A stretch of DNA of 11,817 nt from Fibrobacterales bacterium (GTDB lineage Bacteria > Fibrobacterota > Fibrobacteria > Fibrobacterales > JAOPTW01), in assembly GCA_051532035.1 (NCBI GenBank), contig JAOPTW010000057.1, positions 1-11,817 on the forward strand. Direction: 5' to 3'. Positions 8,050-11,817 of the stretch are shown here, piece by piece. Numbering within the stretch: the first letter of the stretch is position 1; each line of letters begins with the position of its first letter. The translations under genes and the position numbers were made by a program. Under the pieces are notes generated by a model. It did not search any database. It was not told the DNA's origin and saw only the letters and a program-made list of their open reading frames with translations.

Positions 8050-8268
8050 ATGAGTAAATGGATATCAACACCCCAATCATCAAATGTAGCTGGATTTGGT
8101 TATGAAGCGACTAAACTAACCTTAACAGTAGTGTTTAATAATGGATCAAAATATGAATATTATAATGTGCCAGATAATATCTATAGAGGGATAGTAGCTG
8201 CTGACTCAAAAGGAACATATTTAAATCGATGTATAAAAGGTGTTTTTACCTATAAGCACATTGGATAA
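8050..8268 (+). CDS. KTSC domain protein
   Basis: SSNVAGFGYE....TLTVVFNNGSKYEYYNVP..IY.....A.SKGTYLN..IKG matches the KTSC pattern. RBS AAGGAG at 8039. Confidence 0.92.
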   Translation: MSKWISTPQSSNVAGFGYEATKLTLTVVFNNGSKYEYYNVPDNIYRGIVAADSKGTYLNRCIKGVFTYKHIG

Positions 8269-8359
8269 ATAAACAACAAACTAATTCCATAGGTTCTGCT
8301 ATCCCGATGCGTTATCGTTGCAGTGATGGTTTATGGGGTATTTCTTTAATAAGGTTAAT

Positions 8360-10369
8360 ATGAAACCACGCTACCTAACAAAATCCCGCTTTAAAATTGG
8401 CTGTGAATGCCCAGCTAAACTATTCTACACAGCCAAAAAAGAATACGCTAACAAGAAGCTAGATGATTCTTTCCTAATGGCACTAGCTGAAGGTGGATTC
8501 CAAGTGGGGGAACTGGCAAAATTATATTACCCTGGTGGTCACGATATAATAACCCTTGATTATGAAGAATCACTTGAGGAGACTAACGAACTTCTAAAAC
8601 AAGAGAATGTAATAATCTATGAAGCGGCCATAAAATACAAGAGCCTCTTTATTCGTGCTGATATACTGGTAAAAACCGGAAACAAAATTGACCTTATAGA
8701 GGTTAAAGCGAAATCATTTGATCCAGATAATGTAAATGAATTCGAAACAAAAGCAGGGTACATATCAAGTACATGGAAGCCATACCTATACGATATAGCC
8801 TTTCAAAAATATGTGACCGAAAATGCCTTTCCTAGTTTTCGTATACGGCCCTTTCTAATGTTGGTAGATAAGACATCAAATTGTCCAACCGATGGCCTCA
8901 ATCAAAAGTTTATGATTACCAAGGATTACAATGGTCATTCTGGTGTCACGGTTTCAGATGATGTCACTAAAGAGGAGCTTGAAGAACGGGTCTTATCGTC
9001 AGTAAATGTAGAAAATTACTGTAATAGCATATACGAAGGTCAGGATTCAAAAGAGGGATACGAACTGCAGGGGAGGTGTTACACATTTGCCGAGCGTATT
9101 GAATACTATGCTAATCAGTATGAACAGGACATAAAGATCTCTTCACCGATATCTTCTGTGTGCGGTACGTGTGAGTTTGATACCACGAGTGATAATGCTG
9201 ACATGCTCAGTGGCAAAAGAGAGTGCTTTAAAGAGCAGCTGAGTTGGTCTGATGCAGATTTCGAAGAACAAACGGTATTTGATATCTGGAACTGTAGAGC
9301 AAAAGATAAGTTGATCGCTGATGGCAAAATAAAAATGCGGTTAATATCTGAAGAGGATTTGAAGGTCAAATCAGGCACAGGTGTGGGTATTTCACCTAGT
9401 GAACGGCAATGGCTCCAAGTAGAGAAGGCTGCAAAAGGAGATATTACACCCTTTATTGATGTTGAGGGACTAAAATCAGAGATGTCTAGTTGGGTGTATC
9501 CACTTCACTTCATTGATTTTGAGACGAGTATGGTTGCTATACCTTTTAACAAGGGCAGAAGGCCGTATGAGGGTATTGCCTTTCAGTTTTCTCATCATAC
9601 AGTATTTGAAGATGGTAGGGTGGAGCATACTGGTGAGTTTCTTCATACAGAAAGGGGCGTTTTCCCAAACTATGAGTTTGTACGTGCTCTAAAGACGGAG
9701 CTGGAAACAGATGCCGGATCAATCTTTAAATATTCAGCTCATGAGAATACCTATCTCAAGATGATTAAAGTACAGATTCTTAAGGATAATAGTGAAATCC
9801 CGGATCGGGATGATCTTATTGAATTTATCGATTCTATTACCAACGACAAAAAGAACAGTAAAATAACTCGTCAAGGTTCAAGAGATATGATCGACCTATT
9901 GGATGTAGTTAAGAAATATTATTACGATCCTGCGATGGGTGGATCAAACTCGATTAAGCAAGTTCTTCCTGCGATGCTCAATAGCTCGGCATTTTTGAAA
10001 GAGAAGTATTCTAAGCCTATATATGGTGCAGCCGGTGGAATGGTAAGTCTTAATTTCAACGATTGGACTTGGATTACCTATGATGAAGCAGGAAAGGTTA
10101 TAGATCCATATAAGCGGCTCCCACCTATGTTTGATGGTGTGAGTGATTTGGATATAGAACTCTTATCGAGTGACCCTTCTTTGGCTGATGGTGGTGCCGC
10201 TATGACTGCTTATGCACGGATGCAGTTTTCTGAGATGAGTGATGCTGAACGAGAAGAGGTGAGGAAGGCGTTGTTGAAGTATTGTGAGTTGGATACCTTG
10301 GCTATGGTTATGATTTATGAAGGGTGGATGGAGATGATTCATTTGAAGGAGGCGCCTAATTTCAGCTAG
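8360..10369 (+). CDS. DUF2779-type dual nuclease: Cas4/RecB-like PD-(D/E)XK domain + DEDD 3'-5' exonuclease-like (RNase H fold) domain; start revised from 8333
   Basis: YLTKSRFK.G.ECP.KL.Y N-terminus; RADIL...LIEVKAK; YDIAFQKYV; Cys set ECP / CGTC / ECF; FIDFET, IAFQFSHH, IDL.......YY.P.M.GSNSIK.VLP and LLKYCELDTLAM. AAGG at 8351 precedes ATG 8360. Confidence 0.85.
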   Translation: MKPRYLTKSRFKIGCECPAKLFYTAKKEYANKKLDDSFLMALAEGGFQVGELAKLYYPGGHDIITLDYEESLEETNELLKQENVIIYEAAIKYKSLFIRADILVKTGNKIDLIEVKAKSFDPDNVNEFETKAGYISSTWKPYLYDIAFQKYVTENAFPSFRIRPFLMLVDKTSNCPTDGLNQKFMITKDYNGHSGVTVSDDVTKEELEERVLSSVNVENYCNSIYEGQDSKEGYELQGRCYTFAERIEYYANQYEQDIKISSPISSVCGTCEFDTTSDNADMLSGKRECFKEQLSWSDADFEEQTVFDIWNCRAKDKLIADGKIKMRLISEEDLKVKSGTGVGISPSERQWLQVEKAAKGDITPFIDVEGLKSEMSSWVYPLHFIDFETSMVAIPFNKGRRPYEGIAFQFSHHTVFEDGRVEHTGEFLHTERGVFPNYEFVRALKTELETDAGSIFKYSAHENTYLKMIKVQILKDNSEIPDRDDLIEFIDSITNDKKNSKITRQGSRDMIDLLDVVKKYYYDPAMGGSNSIKQVLPAMLNSSAFLKEKYSKPIYGAAGGMVSLNFNDWTWITYDEAGKVIDPYKRLPPMFDGVSDLDIELLSSDPSLADGGAAMTAYARMQFSEMSDAEREEVRKALLKYCELDTLAMVMIYEGWMEMIHLKEAPNFS

Positions 10370-10802
10370 CGATACAAAATTAAATAGGCTTCATGATGCG
10401 CTTTCATGGTGTAATGGCTCAATGACAAAGAAAGAAATTGCTAAGGCTCTATGCTGTTCTGAGGATTATGCAAAAAAAGTTGTCATCAAAATACGTAAAA
10501 ATACAGGGATGGAGTTAAAATACAATCTCCAGATTAAGGCATATCTACTGTCGGGTCGAGATAGGGAAATGTTACAAAATTCCGCATTAATATTTACACA
10601 TGAACAGTTGGCTTCAATCTTCAGTTTAAGAGAACTAATGATGGGAGTCCGTGGTGGAATTCTTTCAGATGTATTTGACGTATTTTGGAATAAGATTGAA
10701 CGATTATGTGATGAGAAAAATATATCGTTAAAAAATTGGGAAGGCAAAGTTGTAATCGTTCCTATAGGTAACCGAGATATCAACGATGTTGTTGTGTTTT
10801 GA
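10359..10802 (+). pseudogene. Truncated paralogue of the 2105-3070 regulator (HTH + linker only, lacking WYL/WCX); pseudogene or minimal regulator
   Basis: Shared blocks KAL.CSE, GM...Y, I.SLR.LM and FWNKI..L.DE.NISL..WEGKV.I.PIG.R.I; it stops just before the WYL domain. In-frame similarity extends upstream of ATG 10422 (KLNRLH vs KFNRVVKLH) to ATT at 10359, which follows AAGGAGG (10346-10352). Confidence 0.8.
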
Positions 10803-10842
10803 TTGATAAATAGTGGGTTGATTTCAATATGAAGGAACAAAG

Positions 10843-11682
10843 ATGATGAACTGGTTTGGTAAGAACAAATTTAATGTAACTGTGATTATAATGGCTATTC
10901 TGTTTTTATTTTCATCGATACTATCATTGATAGTAATTGGAAAATCGAATGAAGTATTTGATAGCAATTTCCTCTATACATTACCATATATGGGTAGCGT
11001 TGGCGATTACTTTGGAGGTGTATTAAATCCCCTGTTTTCCTTTATAACTATAATTATGCTTATATATACTGTAAGGATGCAAAGTGAAGAATTGAAAAAT
11101 AGTACAGAAGCATTAAACAATAGTAAAACCGAATTGTCAGATCAGAAACAAGAAATGAAGCTTCAAAATGATACTCTTATACAGCAGAAATTTGATACTC
11201 AATTTTTTCAAGTTCTGAATTCTTTTTCATCGATTATTAATAGTATTAGTCAACATTCACCAAATTCAGGGAATAATATCAGTGGAAGTGAATGTCTCGC
11301 ATTTTGGATAAACAATATGAGTACAACGTATGGCAATAGACTTCAGAGTGAGAAAAATGATAATAAAAGATGTAAAAGGACATTTGCTAGTTTGTGGGAG
11401 TCACGGAGCAAGCAATTAAAGCATTACTTAAATTACCTTACATTTTTATTTGACTATGTATCCAATAGTAGTATTGAATCAAAAGGTTTTTATTATACTG
11501 TTATTTTAACAAACCTTTCAATTCCAGAATTAGTCATTATTTTACATGTTATAGCAGATAAATATCATGATAAATTACTTCCAATTGCCATGGAGCATAA
11601 TTTTCTTTCATTGGTCAGTGGTGATGATTTCGGAAATGCTCAACTGTATGGGTACGTAACAAGAAAATTTTCAGAATTTTAA
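10843..11682 (+). CDS. Putative phage abortive infection protein (putAbiC-like), two TM helices + coiled coil
   Basis: GSVGDYFGGVLNPLFSF TM motif, Q..EL..S...L..Q coil, QQKFDTQFFQVL, HYL..L and NLS..EL (recalled family pattern FE..FF / HYFR / QLS..EL, here diverged). RBS AAGGA at 10832. Confidence 0.75.
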   Translation: MMNWFGKNKFNVTVIIMAILFLFSSILSLIVIGKSNEVFDSNFLYTLPYMGSVGDYFGGVLNPLFSFITIIMLIYTVRMQSEELKNSTEALNNSKTELSDQKQEMKLQNDTLIQQKFDTQFFQVLNSFSSIINSISQHSPNSGNNISGSECLAFWINNMSTTYGNRLQSEKNDNKRCKRTFASLWESRSKQLKHYLNYLTFLFDYVSNSSIESKGFYYTVILTNLSIPELVIILHVIADKYHDKLLPIAMEHNFLSLVSGDDFGNAQLYGYVTRKFSEF

Positions 11683-11695
11683 GATTGGCCAATCT
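11682..11695. promoter_or_regulatory. Perfect 14-bp palindrome between the stop codon and the next RBS
   Basis: AGATTGGCCAATCT is its own reverse complement and abuts AAGGTG. Confidence 0.3.
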
Positions 11696-11705
11696 AAGGT
11701 GATTT

Positions 11706-11817
11706 ATGAGTAGTATTAAATGCATGAAGTGTAATAAAGTGTCAGTGATATTTGATGGTAGTATTTTTATCGAAAACAATAGTAGCTTACGGTATGGTAA
11801 CCGTCCGGTCAAGCACA
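11706..11817 (+). CDS. Partial ORF (runs off the window) with N-terminal CxxC; possible zinc-binding protein
   Basis: AAGGTG at 11696-11701, then MSSIKCMKCNKVSVIFDGSIFIENNSSLRYGNRPVKH with no stop before the edge. Confidence 0.55.
   Translation, partial: MSSIKCMKCNKVSVIFDGSIFIENNSSLRYGNRPVKH

Larger units (their letters stand above)
2105..11817 (+). other. WYL-headed anti-phage defence island (continues beyond the right edge)
   Basis: Co-oriented cluster of SNIPE/PD-lambda-1-like, OLD, putAbiC-like, TM2, KTSC and dual-nuclease genes with three WYL-related ORFs and no housekeeping genes. No integrase or transposase in the window. Confidence 0.8.

Noticed and set aside
8360..10369. CRISPR cas4 gene
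   Set aside because: Much longer than Cas4, fused to a DEDD-like domain, and no cas1/cas2 or array is nearby.
3071..11705. Integron cassette array (co-oriented accessory genes with intergenic hairpins)
   Set aside because: No repeated attC-type RYYYAAC...GTTRRRY structures, the hairpins are unrelated to each other, several gaps are too short, and no integrase is present.
1322..11812. Short overlapping ORFs in the track (1322, 1374, 2579, 3207, 3539, 3995, 4819, 4884, 5159, 5398, 6651, 9115, 10466, 11615)
   Set aside because: They are antisense or alternate-frame shadows of well-supported genes, with no recognisable motifs.

Overview
AT-rich bacterial window. Left end: a non-coding, degenerate ~21-bp-period repeat tract with one 84-bp-period duplication, then a minus-strand Ser-rich lipoprotein with a diverged fibro-slime/PA14-like domain (seen in Fibrobacterota-like organisms; suggestive only). 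From 2105 to the right edge all genes are on the + strand and look like an anti-phage defence island headed by an HTH-WYL-WCX regulator. Order: WYL regulator, an unlisted 49-aa zinc ribbon, a secreted YHYH-like/Cys-rich protein, zinc-ribbon-TM2 protein, TM-DUF4041-T5orf172/GIY-YIG nuclease (PD-lambda-1/SNIPE architecture), a stand-alone small WYL-like protein, an OLD-family ABC-ATPase/TOPRIM nuclease with no UvrD partner, a KTSC protein, a Cas4-like PD-(D/E)XK + DEDD-exonuclease (DUF2779-type) protein, a WYL-less paralogue of the lead regulator with an apparent ATT start, a putAbiC-like membrane protein and a partial CxxC ORF. The best candidates for undescribed systems are the [small WYL]-OLD-[KTSC] triad and the TM2-SNIPE pair. 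All family calls come from recognising motifs by eye; no database searches were run.
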